The notes below the pieces were generated by a model that was given only the letters and a program-made list of their open reading frames with translations, made no database searches and was not told the origin of the DNA. DNA of 64,000 nt from Diplonema japonicum. Lineage: Eukaryota; Protista; Euglenozoa: Diplonemea. Shown here piece by piece: positions 47,286 through 57,758 of this stretch. Position 1 is the stretch's first letter; each line of letters begins with the position of its first letter. Made by a program: the position numbers and the translations under genes. The stretch spans positions 558,001 to 622,000 of the forward strand of contig OZ025669.1 in the NCBI GenBank assembly GCA_964019335.1. Direction: 5' to 3'.

Positions 47286-47486
47286 TTAGTCGTATTTTGA
47301 AGCTGCTTTCTTGAATGTAATGAATGTTTTCCCTGCCTCCATGTACGGCCCATCACTAAACCCTCGAGTGTAGCAGTCCTGCATGTTGCACGCCTCACCT
47401 TTGGGCGGGCACACGGTACCATAATCCATAAAGCATTTTGTAGGATGAGCCTCGGAGTCCAGGGTACTGCGCTGTTTGCTGCCCAT
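47286..47486 (-). CDS. 66-aa Cys-containing microprotein
   Basis: A-run leader directly before the ATG, as in confirmed genes; high-complexity island; starts MGSKQRS. Confidence 0.5.
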   Translation of the reverse strand: MGSKQRSTLDSEAHPTKCFMDYGTVCPPKGEACNMQDCYTRGFSDGPYMEAGKTFITFKKAASKYD

Positions 47487-47609
47487 TTTTTTTTCTTTAA
47501 ATTAGTGTAACCCTTATTACTTCTCTTTCCGAAGAAAAAAAAAAAATATTTTTTTTGTCCAAATACAGTACTCTATTCTTTTTTTTTTTTTTTTTGGTGT
47601 GGTGTTCTT

Positions 47610-47984
47610 TTATAACGCGTAACCTAGGGTTGCCTTGCCACCTGGGGAACCCATTGTTTTGGGTTTCGTGTTTAAACTGTTCTGTCTTCCTACTGCAGCT
47701 TCCATGAGGAAATCTTGGTTTTCAGAATGTGCTTTATAGGACTTGAATTTTGGGTTGGACTTCTTCATTGAATAAGAGCGGCTTGTACACAGTACCAGCA
47801 CTACGCAAATAAATGCCAGGACGAGCACTATGACAATCAGCATGGGACTAAACTCATCGTCATCTGGTACTTGCGTCATGCTGACGGCTGTTGCCGTCGC
47901 ATTGGTGTTGTTCCAGTCCTCCGGAGTTAGGAACATGGGAGAATCTGCATTTGTTCCATTGTCGGCAGGTGCAGATACATTCAT
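47610..47984 (-). CDS. Small single-pass membrane glycoprotein
   Basis: Several NxS/T sites, TM MLIVIVLVLAFICVVLVLC, basic cytoplasmic tail. Confidence 0.65.
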   Translation of the reverse strand: MNVSAPADNGTNADSPMFLTPEDWNNTNATATAVSMTQVPDDDEFSPMLIVIVLVLAFICVVLVLCTSRSYSMKKSNPKFKSYKAHSENQDFLMEAAVGRQNSLNTKPKTMGSPGGKATLGYAL

Positions 47985-48964
47985 TTGCCTTTCCCTGCCA
48001 CCACTCCTCCCTTTCCCTTTGTGTCAGAAATGTGTGGTGAGGGATGAATGAGGGGGGGGAAAAAAAGAAGAAAAAAAAATTGTATCGCGAATAACGACTC
48101 CCCAACGGTACCCCCCTTATTTTTTTTTTCCTCTCTTTTTCTTTTGATCTGAAACAAAAAAAAAGGGGGGCGGGAATAAAAAAAAAATAATAATAAAGAA
48201 AAAGAACTGAAATCGTCCAATACATTCTTAAACGACCCGGAAGAAAGAGAGAAGAAAAAAAAAGAAGAAAATACAAAAAAAAAATGTAACCTGTTTTTTT
48301 TTTTTTTTAACTTTATATTTTTTTGGGGGGGGTTACATTTGTGAAGAAACATTAAAAAGGTAACGGTTCTCAAAAAAAAGTCCTTATTTGCAACCTTTGT
48401 ATTTTTCTTTTTCCCTTCTCCTTTCTTATTTTTTTTTCTTTTTGCTTCTTTTCACGGCTTCCCAAAAAGAAAAATGGTAAGAAAATATAACAAAATTATT
48501 TGGTTCCCTCGACCCGACACGGGGGAGGGGAGGGGGGATGGAATGTTAGCTAACCCACCCTACCATGGCGCTCTCCTCTGCTAGAGAGAGAAAAACAAGA
48601 AAAAAAGAAGAGAGAAAAAAAAAAACTCAATCTATTTTTTTCCCCTCTTTTTGTCGTTTTTTTTTTTTGCGGTGCGCTTGTAGCTGTCCTGCCCCAGCCG
48701 AAAAGAACGAAAAAAGAAAGAAGAGAGGGGGGGGGGGGGGGGGGGAATACTCTGTGCAAATAAAAGGATCTTTTTTCTTACACCTGCTATAAGAATAGCT
48801 ACATTTTTTTTCTTTCTTTCTTTTTTTTTTGATTCGGCCGGAAAAAAAAGGGGGGGTAAGGGGGGAACACAAAACCGAAAGGGGGGGTAAGGGGATAAAT
48901 AAAATATAAAACACTCTCCTCTACTTCACATCCCTCTTTCCAATCTCCCCCTCCCTCCTCCCCC

Positions 48965-50933
48965 TTAGGTTTCAGTTCGCTCCTGCAGAACAAACAAGGC
49001 CTCGTTGAGGGCAGCTCGGAAGTGTGTGGTGTTGACAGCTTCAAGGAGGAGCTGGTCGGGCTCCATTTGGAGGAGCATTCCTGTTGTTTGTTGTTCTTTT
49101 GTTCACACCCCAGCCCCAGCCCCAGCCCCTCTGTACAAACCTGTTATTTTTGGAGCGAGGTCGGGGCCGAGCTCTGAGCTCACTAGCTGCCACACTGCCT
49201 CGCCAACACGGTCCCGTGCGCCTTCTGGGCAGTTGAGGATATTGAGGTCGTAGTCAACAAGAATGGCGGCCAGAGCGTCTAGAGAAGGGTGTGTCCCTGG
49301 GGACCGCTCACCCTCGGGGACATCCTCCAAACACACAGGAGGTAGAAATGACACAATTTCGACGAAAGCGGAAGGGAGAGTAGCAGATTGCAAGCACCAT
49401 GAGTGGGCCTTCCGCAGCCCTTTCACCAACCCCCGCACCCGCCCCCTGAAAGGGACCGGCCACCCCTCATGCTCCTCCTCCCCCCACATCACCCCCCTGC
49501 TCACAAACCCCTTCCCATCCCCACTGTACGCAAAACCCTCCGTCCCCGCAAACGGCAGCCACATTGCCAGCACATCGTGTAGCGGATCAGGCGACGTGCT
49601 GTGCCGTATCGCCTGGGTGGGTGTGAATTTTTCTTTTTTGTGTTTCGTATCATACCTGTTCTACCCATTCACCCCTGCACCTCATGAAGGGGGACGCCAT
49701 CTGGCACCTTATGGCCTCGATGTAGTGTGTGCAGAGATGCTTCTCAAAGAATTTAGGGAATGACGAGTCGCGGGGCGGTTTTGGGAGGAACGAGCCGAGG
49801 GCGGACTCCCACATGGAAAAGGACTCGATGGCGTCCAGATTGAGGGAGTCGAAGGCCCACTTCAGCATCCGCTTGATGAGAACGGAACGGAAGCGTGTGA
49901 GGCCCACAATGTCCTTTTGGAGGCCGAGGAGAGTCTCACGCTCGTCTTGGGTAAGTCGCCCAAGCACCATCTGTAGAGTCCGTGTCAGCAGGTGCTGTTC
50001 TTTGACTTGCAGGGAGTCCCTAAGGGACAGCACAGTGTCTCGCAACTTCTGCAGTTTCTCTGCCACAGAATTCGCGATCCGTCCGGCACCCCGCGAGACG
50101 AAGCTAAGCTCCATCGACACATCCTCCTTTGTGCTGGTCATGTGTTGCAATTTGCAATTCTGACCGTTCCGACACTTGCCCTGCAGCCACTGCGAGCATA
50201 TGGGGGCCTGCTTAACTTCCTCCTCCTCTTCATAGTAGTCCTCGTAGTAGTGGGCAAGGCCACACTGGTCCCCGTTGGCACACGACCCGTAGTAGTACCA
50301 ATCGAGGCACACACCTGCAGCGGGGTCCTGCTGCATGTATCTTAAGTTGGCATCGTCCGAGTGCAGGAACGGGCATGCAGCACCCTTCTTGCACCTCTGC
50401 ATGGCGTAGAACCTACACGGGTGCTTTATTTTCCTGTCTGCAGGCTCCGACACCTCATCCAATGAGTACACACTCTCATCCATTCCTTCGTATAGCCCGT
50501 ATGGATTCCGCATCTCCTGCGCCATGTCTCCCTTCCTGCCCGTTAGAGCACCCCTCTTGCACAGCACAGGTGCTGTGTTCCACTTCTTGCCTAAGTACTT
50601 CGTCTGCGCTTCCTTCGCAGATATGCCTCTGCTTGGTGATTCCTTTCTCTTTTTTTTCGTTTTTTTTTTCGACGCCTGGACCACCTTCGTCGTGGTGGGT
50701 GTGCCCACCGCCTGCATCGTCACCTTTGCGTCAAGCTCTTTGATCGCCTGCGTTGTGAACTCGTTCTCGCCCTCTTCGTACCATTTTGTCTCATCCCCCG
50801 ACTGACTGGGCTCAGACTCCTCGTCGGTCTGCTTTTTCCTCTGCACGTGAGATGTGTCTGTTTTTGAATGCATCACGACAGGGTTCTTCCGTGACCGACC
50901 ATGCTTGTCCGAAGCCTTCCCACGTGTCGCCAT
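48965..50933 (-). CDS. Three CCCH zinc fingers with a C-terminal MLLE/PABC domain
   Basis: Three CCCH fingers; removing introns 49613-49655 and 49081-49140 gives VGEAVWQLV..LAPKITGMLLQM..ALNEALFVL. Confidence 0.85.
49108..49129 (-). other. Potential RNA G-quadruplex (GGGGCT)3GGGG inside an intron
   Basis: Four G4 tracts separated by 2-nt CT loops on the sense strand. Confidence 0.6.
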
Positions 50934-51031
50934 TTTAGTGTAGAAGAAATCTTGTCCTGTGCAGCTGTACACACGATTGCCATCCTTAGGCACCCGCTAC
51001 GAGACGGGCATCTTAAATATCAACAACATAA

Positions 51032-51864
51032 CTACTTCTTTGGGATACTAGTAATAGCCTCCAGCTGTGCTTTCTTCAAGCTCGTTTCCTTCAGCAGCAC
51101 CCCTATCTCGTCCTTCTTCCTCTTGTCCTCTTCCCTGAAGAACTCTTCCCCTTCGGCTTTGACTTTCAGCTCCTCTTCTTTGAGCCGGTTCTCCTCTTCG
51201 ATGAGCTCTGCTTTTTTCGCCTTCAACTCTGCGATGCGGCTGTTGATCCTGAAGGCGTCCTTCTCACCTTTGAGTGCAATACGGAAGGCGTACCTGTTGT
51301 TGTGTTTGATTTGTTAGTTGTGTGATACCCTGCCCTGCTTTCCAGGAGCTCTCTGTAGCCGTCGAGTGTAGCTTCGCGCTCTTCGCGAACCTTTTGGAGG
51401 AGAATGCCACGTTCGATGCTTTCTGCGGTGACCTGTCTAATGAGCTCGCTGAAGCACTCCTGGTAGCTCGCCGACCGTTTAGAGCATATGCCTGTAGACC
51501 TTGCGTTGATGGAGTTAAGCTGTTTATCGAGCCGTTCCCCCAACACAACTGCGTCAAGTCTGCCAGCTGGCTGCTGCGATGCCTCTTGCACCCATTCCGT
51601 GCCCTGCGCATCTATCCACATGGTTGGCTTGATGAACCTGTTGATCACATCCTGTACCTGCGGTCTCAACACTGGCTCATCCTTCTCCCCCATCTTCTGC
51701 CGCAGCTTCCGTGTCTTTTTCGGATCCGTGGGTGCCACTGGCAACGCCCACGAGATCAATGATTCCCCCTTCGTTTCCATCATCCCCTGCACATCAGAAA
51801 CCATCGATGCCGGGCTCACAGGCATCGTCGGGGGTGAGCCCCCAGAAGCTGTCATTCCATCCAT
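51032..51864 (-). CDS. DNALI1: Axonemal inner-arm dynein light intermediate chain p28
   Basis: WVQEAS..PAGRLD..L.E.LD..ARSTGICSKR..YQECFSELIRQVT..ERGILL.KVREE; intron 51294-51328. Confidence 0.88.
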
Positions 51865-51978
51865 GTGCCCTGCGAGATGTAACAGGGATGCGAAAGACAG
51901 AAAAGAGTAAAATCCAAGGAAAGGATTCAAATTGGCATGCAAAGAAAGAAAAGTCAAAACCGCGGTGCTGTAAAGCAC

Positions 51979-54612
51979 TCATCTTGTTGGCTGCCTCGTC
52001 GCACCACCACGGGGGATGAAGCCGGAGAGGAATCTCATCAATTTTTGGTTTGCAGGGTAATAAGGGGACGGGAATTTGTAGTACGAGACGATCACGATGA
52101 GGGCGAGGTAGTCCTGATAGTCCGCCCCTTGGCTGGGGCAGAGCCTTTGATACGTCTGCTGAAGGGACAGGTGTGTGAGACTTTCGTCGACCAGTCGGTA
52201 CTCTTCTGCAAGGCGTCTGAATGCCGGGAAGGTAAGTGTCTTGTTCTGCCCGCCATGGGTTGTTACTAAGTAGCTCGTGTAGACTTTGGTGAGGGCACCT
52301 CTGTAGTCACTGAAGACCTTGCGGACGTCTTCATCATTCATGATGGCGGCAATGCCGTCTAGTGTGATGTACAGGGCATTGGGCAGCACGTGCTTCTCGA
52401 GGAGGTGCTGCATTTTTGCTGATAGTAGACTGTTTTTCGGGAGCTCCTTGACAGATGTGCTGGCCAACAGTGTAAGAAATGAAAAGAATCCCCCTCTGTC
52501 CAGCATCGTCTGGTCGGTCACCCCTGTAGCTCGAAGCATCTCTTGCAGCACTCCGCTCACACCGAGACTCTTCCTAACACTGCGCTTCCTGGCCAGTCCT
52601 AGCATCCCCGGTTCGTCGATCAGTTTGGCATCCTTAAGAAACGACATGATCTCCAATCTCCCCAGCCTGCCCGCCACACAGTAGTTCTTAAACACCTCAT
52701 CAAGCCTCTTCAGGTTTGCAGTCATGATGGCAGCCACAAGATCTCTCTCCTCAGGGGACTCCATGCCAGCATCAAAAGCATCCAACAGTTCAACAGAATA
52801 GTTTACTGGGTCGTACAGTACAGGGCGGCCACTGCACTGCGGGATGAAGTCTGCTAAGTACTCCGTTTCCATCTGCTGGATGGAGCTTATGTTTCTGCTC
52901 AAGAAGCTCTCCCTGCTCGCCACCTCGCTTAGACAGGCCAGCCGTTTGTCTGCCGCGTTCCTGATGGCCTGCATTGTGGTGCAAGACTTAAATATGTCAA
53001 TCGTGTTGCCGGTGCTTGCGAACTCGGGATCCGCGTCTTCTGTGGCCAACCACCGGCTGCTCTGCGATGTGTCCAGCAAGACCTTCGCGATGCCTGTGGC
53101 AACACTCATTCTGAGGGGTGAGAACATTATGTAGTCGTCATTACTGCAGCTGGGCAACTTAAATCCGAGGTTCTTGCACACATCATGGAGCAATTTCACA
53201 CAGGCGTCAAGCGTGTTGGCTCCACGGATCTGCTTGATGCTCACTTGCCTCGACGACAGCGAGTGCACCACCAGCAGCGTGGCCTTGAAGTCTACAACGG
53301 CAATCATTTCTTGCTGCGGTCTAGAGACTGCTAGTTTCGACGGGAACAACGTGACGCTTGCCTCGCCTTCGTCGAAGACAGAGGACCAGTAACTAGCACA
53401 TCTGACTGCTATCCACGATGATAGAAGGTCAAGCAACGAGGTGCCCTGCTCAACATGTTGCTCGATGACTTGGCACAGCTGTGTTCTTGCACGGTTCCGC
53501 TCAGGGTCAGTGTGCGGCAGGTGCAGATCGAGCACGTTCTGCAGTTTAGCTAATTCAGCACTCATCTCGCTGTCCTTGGTCGCAGTACGGTGCTTCAAAA
53601 CTGACAGCTGGCTGGCAATTTCATTCCTGTGCAGCTCGAGGCGCTCATTCTTTTTCTGAAGTTCGTCATTGTGGATGCGAAGCCTCTTTGCTTGCACACT
53701 TAATTCTTCTTGTTTCTCCTTAAGTTGAGTGTTGCTCCTTGCCTGGTTATGGCGGATGGTCAGCTCCAGCTCTTTGACCGTATGTTCAAAGGCCCGCAGC
53801 TTCTCCGCACTGTTTTCGATAATCTGGTTGTCTGCTTCGATCTGCTCGCCCAGCAAGCGTCGTTCTTTTTCTGTATGCGCGCACTTCCGCCATGCGTTGA
53901 AGACGCGCTGCTGCGTGCTCTGAACGCCTGCTTGGAGAACCCTTCTCACAACACGCATCCTAGGATCATGAGCATTTTGTTTCTGCGTTCCGTGCAGTTC
54001 TCTGAGGGTCCTGCATGACGAGTACACGGCAGCGAGGGCATCAAACTCTTGTAGTGTGTCGAGGGTCGTGAGTGGTGTAACCTTTGGTTCCGTACAAAAC
54101 AGATGCATATGCACTTGCCCCCTGACATTGTTGGCGATCTCGGAAAAAGTTGTTGATAAAGTGCTGCAAAAGGCTAAGATCGCGTCTAACCGAGCGCACA
54201 GTAGAGAGGAGTCGGGAACGGTGGTTAGCGGCCTTGAGGTGCACAGTGACTCCGTGTGTTGTAGGTCGATGCGTCTCGTGTCGCGGCTCGTCGCTTCATT
54301 AAGCTGATGTGAGATGATGGCCCACTTGTCGTCCAAAACGGCTCCCAGCTGCATCTTTTCAACTGCCACCCGAAGGGCGTTCTGCATTGCATCGAACCCA
54401 GAATGTTGTGAGCTCTCGAGTACCTTCTTCGCAGACGACACGTTGCCCTTCTTACAGCTCTGCATGCCACTCATTAAAGGTGGCAGTTCCACGCACCCCA
54501 CGGGCCTCTGTCGTGCACTCCTCCTGGGTTTTCCCTCAGGGGGCAATGGGTCCAATCGGTCATTGTGGGACACCGGTGAAGCATGCCTCTGCACCATCTT
54601 GTCTGCAGGCAT
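51979..54612 (-). CDS. Hypothetical protein, coiled coil plus C-terminal EF-hand-like helices
   Basis: 877-aa uninterrupted ORF. Confidence 0.7.
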   Translation of the reverse strand: MPADKMVQRHASPVSHNDRLDPLPPEGKPRRSARQRPVGCVELPPLMSGMQSCKKGNVSSAKKVLESSQHSGFDAMQNALRVAVEKMQLGAVLDDKWAIISHQLNEATSRDTRRIDLQHTESLCTSRPLTTVPDSSLLCARLDAILAFCSTLSTTFSEIANNVRGQVHMHLFCTEPKVTPLTTLDTLQEFDALAAVYSSCRTLRELHGTQKQNAHDPRMRVVRRVLQAGVQSTQQRVFNAWRKCAHTEKERRLLGEQIEADNQIIENSAEKLRAFEHTVKELELTIRHNQARSNTQLKEKQEELSVQAKRLRIHNDELQKKNERLELHRNEIASQLSVLKHRTATKDSEMSAELAKLQNVLDLHLPHTDPERNRARTQLCQVIEQHVEQGTSLLDLLSSWIAVRCASYWSSVFDEGEASVTLFPSKLAVSRPQQEMIAVVDFKATLLVVHSLSSRQVSIKQIRGANTLDACVKLLHDVCKNLGFKLPSCSNDDYIMFSPLRMSVATGIAKVLLDTSQSSRWLATEDADPEFASTGNTIDIFKSCTTMQAIRNAADKRLACLSEVASRESFLSRNISSIQQMETEYLADFIPQCSGRPVLYDPVNYSVELLDAFDAGMESPEERDLVAAIMTANLKRLDEVFKNYCVAGRLGRLEIMSFLKDAKLIDEPGMLGLARKRSVRKSLGVSGVLQEMLRATGVTDQTMLDRGGFFSFLTLLASTSVKELPKNSLLSAKMQHLLEKHVLPNALYITLDGIAAIMNDEDVRKVFSDYRGALTKVYTSYLVTTHGGQNKTLTFPAFRRLAEEYRLVDESLTHLSLQQTYQRLCPSQGADYQDYLALIVIVSYYKFPSPYYPANQKLMRFLSGFIPRGGATRQPTR

Positions 54613-54726
54613 GAATGGAAACTAGAAAGAATTCACTATGATAGGAACGAAGTAGTTAGCAACGGCTGCCGAAAGATCGGAACAGTGCTGCTTCAGGGGG
54701 GGTTCATGGAAATGAAACCGATCAGC

Positions 54727-57033
54727 TTAAATATATGCAGCAGTTCGTGTCAAGTGGCAGCCGTCTTTCAGCAAACATGCAACATGGTGCAGCACCTTGT
54801 CGCCCGTGAATTCAGCGTGTTCTCGTATTCTTTCGTAGTCCTTTTTGGTAAAGGCATCAGCGTACCCGGGACCCCATTCCCAAGGCTGCTCTACTGAGCC
54901 CTCCGACTGACTGTTATCATCAGAATCATAATTAATACTACCTTGATCCTCTGTAGTTGTATTTTCTCTGCGACAGTTCGCTTCAAAAACCAGCAGGGTG
55001 CTGTTCTTGACAGCCCATTCATCAACTGGGCGTACGATCCTCTTGAGCCGCGGGTCGTGTACAGCGGAGCATGTGCTCCCCGGAATGGTTCCGTGCAGGC
55101 AGAATGTATTTAATTCGAAGGCGGCGGAGCTCAACGTTGCAGCAAGTGGCACGCACGACCCTATCACCGTGATGAACTTCTGAGCATGTCCGATGTTTGC
55201 CCGCAGAACATTTCCGCACGCAATGCCAACATGCGCCCTGGGAAGAGAGGATATATTCAGCATTTTGACGAACCTAAAAGAGCTCTCCAGATGCGAGATA
55301 CATGTCCTTGCAGTATTCCACCCTATCACGACCGCAGTCGACAGCACAGTGAACACCGTCCCGCCTGTCCTCTCCAAACACAGCAAAACCATTGACACGG
55401 CCTCAGACATGGCTGGCACCAAGGAAGACATCGTGTTCAACGAGATATTCCATGTTTTCGTCTCATGCAGTGGAATTAAGATGACATGCCCTATGGTCAC
55501 GCCTACCTCCTTCCCGGCAGCAGTGTTCGGCTTAGCAGGGCTGACCACCGAAGAGACAATTGATAATCTAACATCAATGTCATTCATAGGGATCCCCTCT
55601 TTTCTTTCTGCAAGCCCTTGTGGGTACAGTGTGATGAGGTCAGACGGCTGTTTAATGCCTTTGAGGCGGACACCCTTCTTCAAAGATGAAGTGATACCAC
55701 AAAGCACATCTTGCGGCAGCAAGCGCATGACACTCTCTGAAAGAGTAACGCCGCCTGCGGCCCCCGCACTCTCGATACGGGATGCCATGTTTACGTTGGA
55801 ACCAAAGTAGTCGTACCTTCCTGTGACCGGGTTGGGTTCGGTGTCCACCTCCCCGTAGTGAACGCCTACTCGGATGTTTATCCCGTTCCACGTGCCCTTT
55901 ATCTGCGGGCAGCGTGGTGACAGGCTCAGTTCGGGCGGCCACGCCTCTTCCAGAAGCATCTTTTGCGCGAGCAACCCGAACCTGCAACCCTCCTCCGGGT
56001 TATCAAATGCCACCATGAAGGCATCGCCTATCGTTTTCACCTCATACCCGTCGTACTCCTTGATGCAGCATCGAAGCACTTTGTTGTGAATGTGCAACGA
56101 CTTCCGCATGGCGTCAGGGCAGAGCTCCCACGTGGATGTCGAGCCTACGATGTCTGTGAAGACAATTGCGACCTCCCCCTGCGGTGCGGGGCGTCTTGTT
56201 TGCGTTTTCTCGTCGTGATGCTCGAACAGCGCAACAGGAAGGAAGGGTTTATATGACCGCAGGTTTTCAAGAATCTCGCTGAAGGCGTCGTGCAAGGACT
56301 GCGGGAGCGGGATTTGCAACAGGGTGGTCTCTGCTGCGTCGAGGTCGAAGGCTGCTAAGGACTTTGCGATGGATTCTGCAGCCTTGATCGAATTAAGTAT
56401 TTTACTCTGCTCGGAGAGAACGGCGTTTGCAAAACCGCGGGTGAAGTAAAAGTCCATGTAAAAAATAAACATGACTGGGACGTAGGTAAACAGTGCCGCC
56501 GTCCCTTGGGCACACGGGGGTTTATCGCAGTCGACCACGTCCTTACGTTCCCCGTATGTTTTGAGGCCAACACCTTCGATGTCATAAAGACCAAAGCGGA
56601 AACTGGTCTCGATGGCGTCCACCAATAGCCAAACTGAAACACAGGCAAGGATCGAGATGGTGGTAGATGAGGGCATCTCGCACACCAGGAGAATGTCTAA
56701 AATAACAACAAAAGCGGACCACATCCTCGACCTCCCCCCTGCCGCCGCTGCAAAATCAATAATACATAAGGATATAGCACTTGCAGCAGCAGCCACATTG
56801 ATCAACTTTATCGATACCTCTTTTTTGATGAGAAGTATCCAAACAATAGGGACATAGGTCATGACACAGACCATGCACGCAACAGAGACAATGGACCACA
56901 TTATGAGAAAGGGGATACAAATACCTATGGCTGCGATGCAGAATGACAGTAATACGTTTTTTCGCAGCTTTGTCAGCGGGGTGTCCGTGTCACGATGTGA
57001 CCTTTGCAGCAAGCGAATGCAGCATTGCTCCAT
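54727..57033 (-). CDS. Multi-TM class III adenylate cyclase with a second, degenerate cyclase domain
   Basis: About 6 TM helices; FTDIVGST, VKTIGDAFM and DYFGSNVNMASRIE (ATP-selecting K/D). Confidence 0.92.
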   Translation of the reverse strand: MEQCCIRLLQRSHRDTDTPLTKLRKNVLLSFCIAAIGICIPFLIMWSIVSVACMVCVMTYVPIVWILLIKKEVSIKLINVAAAASAISLCIIDFAAAAGGRSRMWSAFVVILDILLVCEMPSSTTISILACVSVWLLVDAIETSFRFGLYDIEGVGLKTYGERKDVVDCDKPPCAQGTAALFTYVPVMFIFYMDFYFTRGFANAVLSEQSKILNSIKAAESIAKSLAAFDLDAAETTLLQIPLPQSLHDAFSEILENLRSYKPFLPVALFEHHDEKTQTRRPAPQGEVAIVFTDIVGSTSTWELCPDAMRKSLHIHNKVLRCCIKEYDGYEVKTIGDAFMVAFDNPEEGCRFGLLAQKMLLEEAWPPELSLSPRCPQIKGTWNGINIRVGVHYGEVDTEPNPVTGRYDYFGSNVNMASRIESAGAAGGVTLSESVMRLLPQDVLCGITSSLKKGVRLKGIKQPSDLITLYPQGLAERKEGIPMNDIDVRLSIVSSVVSPAKPNTAAGKEVGVTIGHVILIPLHETKTWNISLNTMSSLVPAMSEAVSMVLLCLERTGGTVFTVLSTAVVIGWNTARTCISHLESSFRFVKMLNISSLPRAHVGIACGNVLRANIGHAQKFITVIGSCVPLAATLSSAAFELNTFCLHGTIPGSTCSAVHDPRLKRIVRPVDEWAVKNSTLLVFEANCRRENTTTEDQGSINYDSDDNSQSEGSVEQPWEWGPGYADAFTKKDYERIREHAEFTGDKVLHHVACLLKDGCHLTRTAAYI

Positions 57034-57758
57034 GTTGGGAAGGGGACTGAAACAAAATGTGTCCTGCGGAGGTGTGGTCGCCAAGGTACAAAAAAGCAAG
57101 TGGGAGGGGGAAAGTAGAAATACGAAAAGAAAAAAAGAAAACCGCAAAACCAGAAGTTACCATTTTTTTTTATTATTATTTTTATTTTATTTTCTTTTTA
57201 AACAAACGCGCTTTGTCCCAGCCTTGATGACGAAGAATATTTTCGCAGGCGAATGCTATAATCACCCCTCTCGTTCTCTTCTTCTTTTTTCCTCCCACCA
57301 TAAGATCTTTAAAAACTCGGCTGAGCCGGGGGCGAATATAGTTTTTCCAAACGGTGTGTGTGCTTTTTTTTTCTTCCGGTTTTACAGCAAAAAAAAAAAA
57401 AAGAAAAAAAATTCAAAATAAGAAACAGAAAGAAGAAGAAAAAAGAAGACTAACGCGATCCGGGCCAGGCAAATAAAGGCATGCTTATTGAGAAAAGTAA
57501 ACACACGCCAAAAAAGAAAAAAAAAAAAAAGCAACAGCCCTCCCAGATATGACCTTGATTGCTGGCCTGAAAGCCACGGCTCTTCAACGTAGCGCCTAGT
57601 CATGAGGGAAACAAGTGCAGTTACGGCAGTGTGGAAGCATTTTTTCTATCTTACCCACCGCATCGCCGCATCGCCCAGGAAAGGGGCATGGAGATGGAGA
57701 TATATGTATGGAACAAGGACCGAACAGGCGGTGAGGGAGGTGGCCGCCGGCTCACTGG

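Noticed and set aside
146-51328. Rule that the first AG beyond ~30 nt is the acceptor
   Set aside because: Introns 146-216, 29402-29455, 35857-35920 and 49081-49140 skip such AGs
146-51328. Non-canonical (non GT-AG) introns, programmed frameshifts or stop-codon recoding
   Set aside because: Every host-gene frame break examined is resolved by a GT-AG intron, and all three stop codons terminate genes normally
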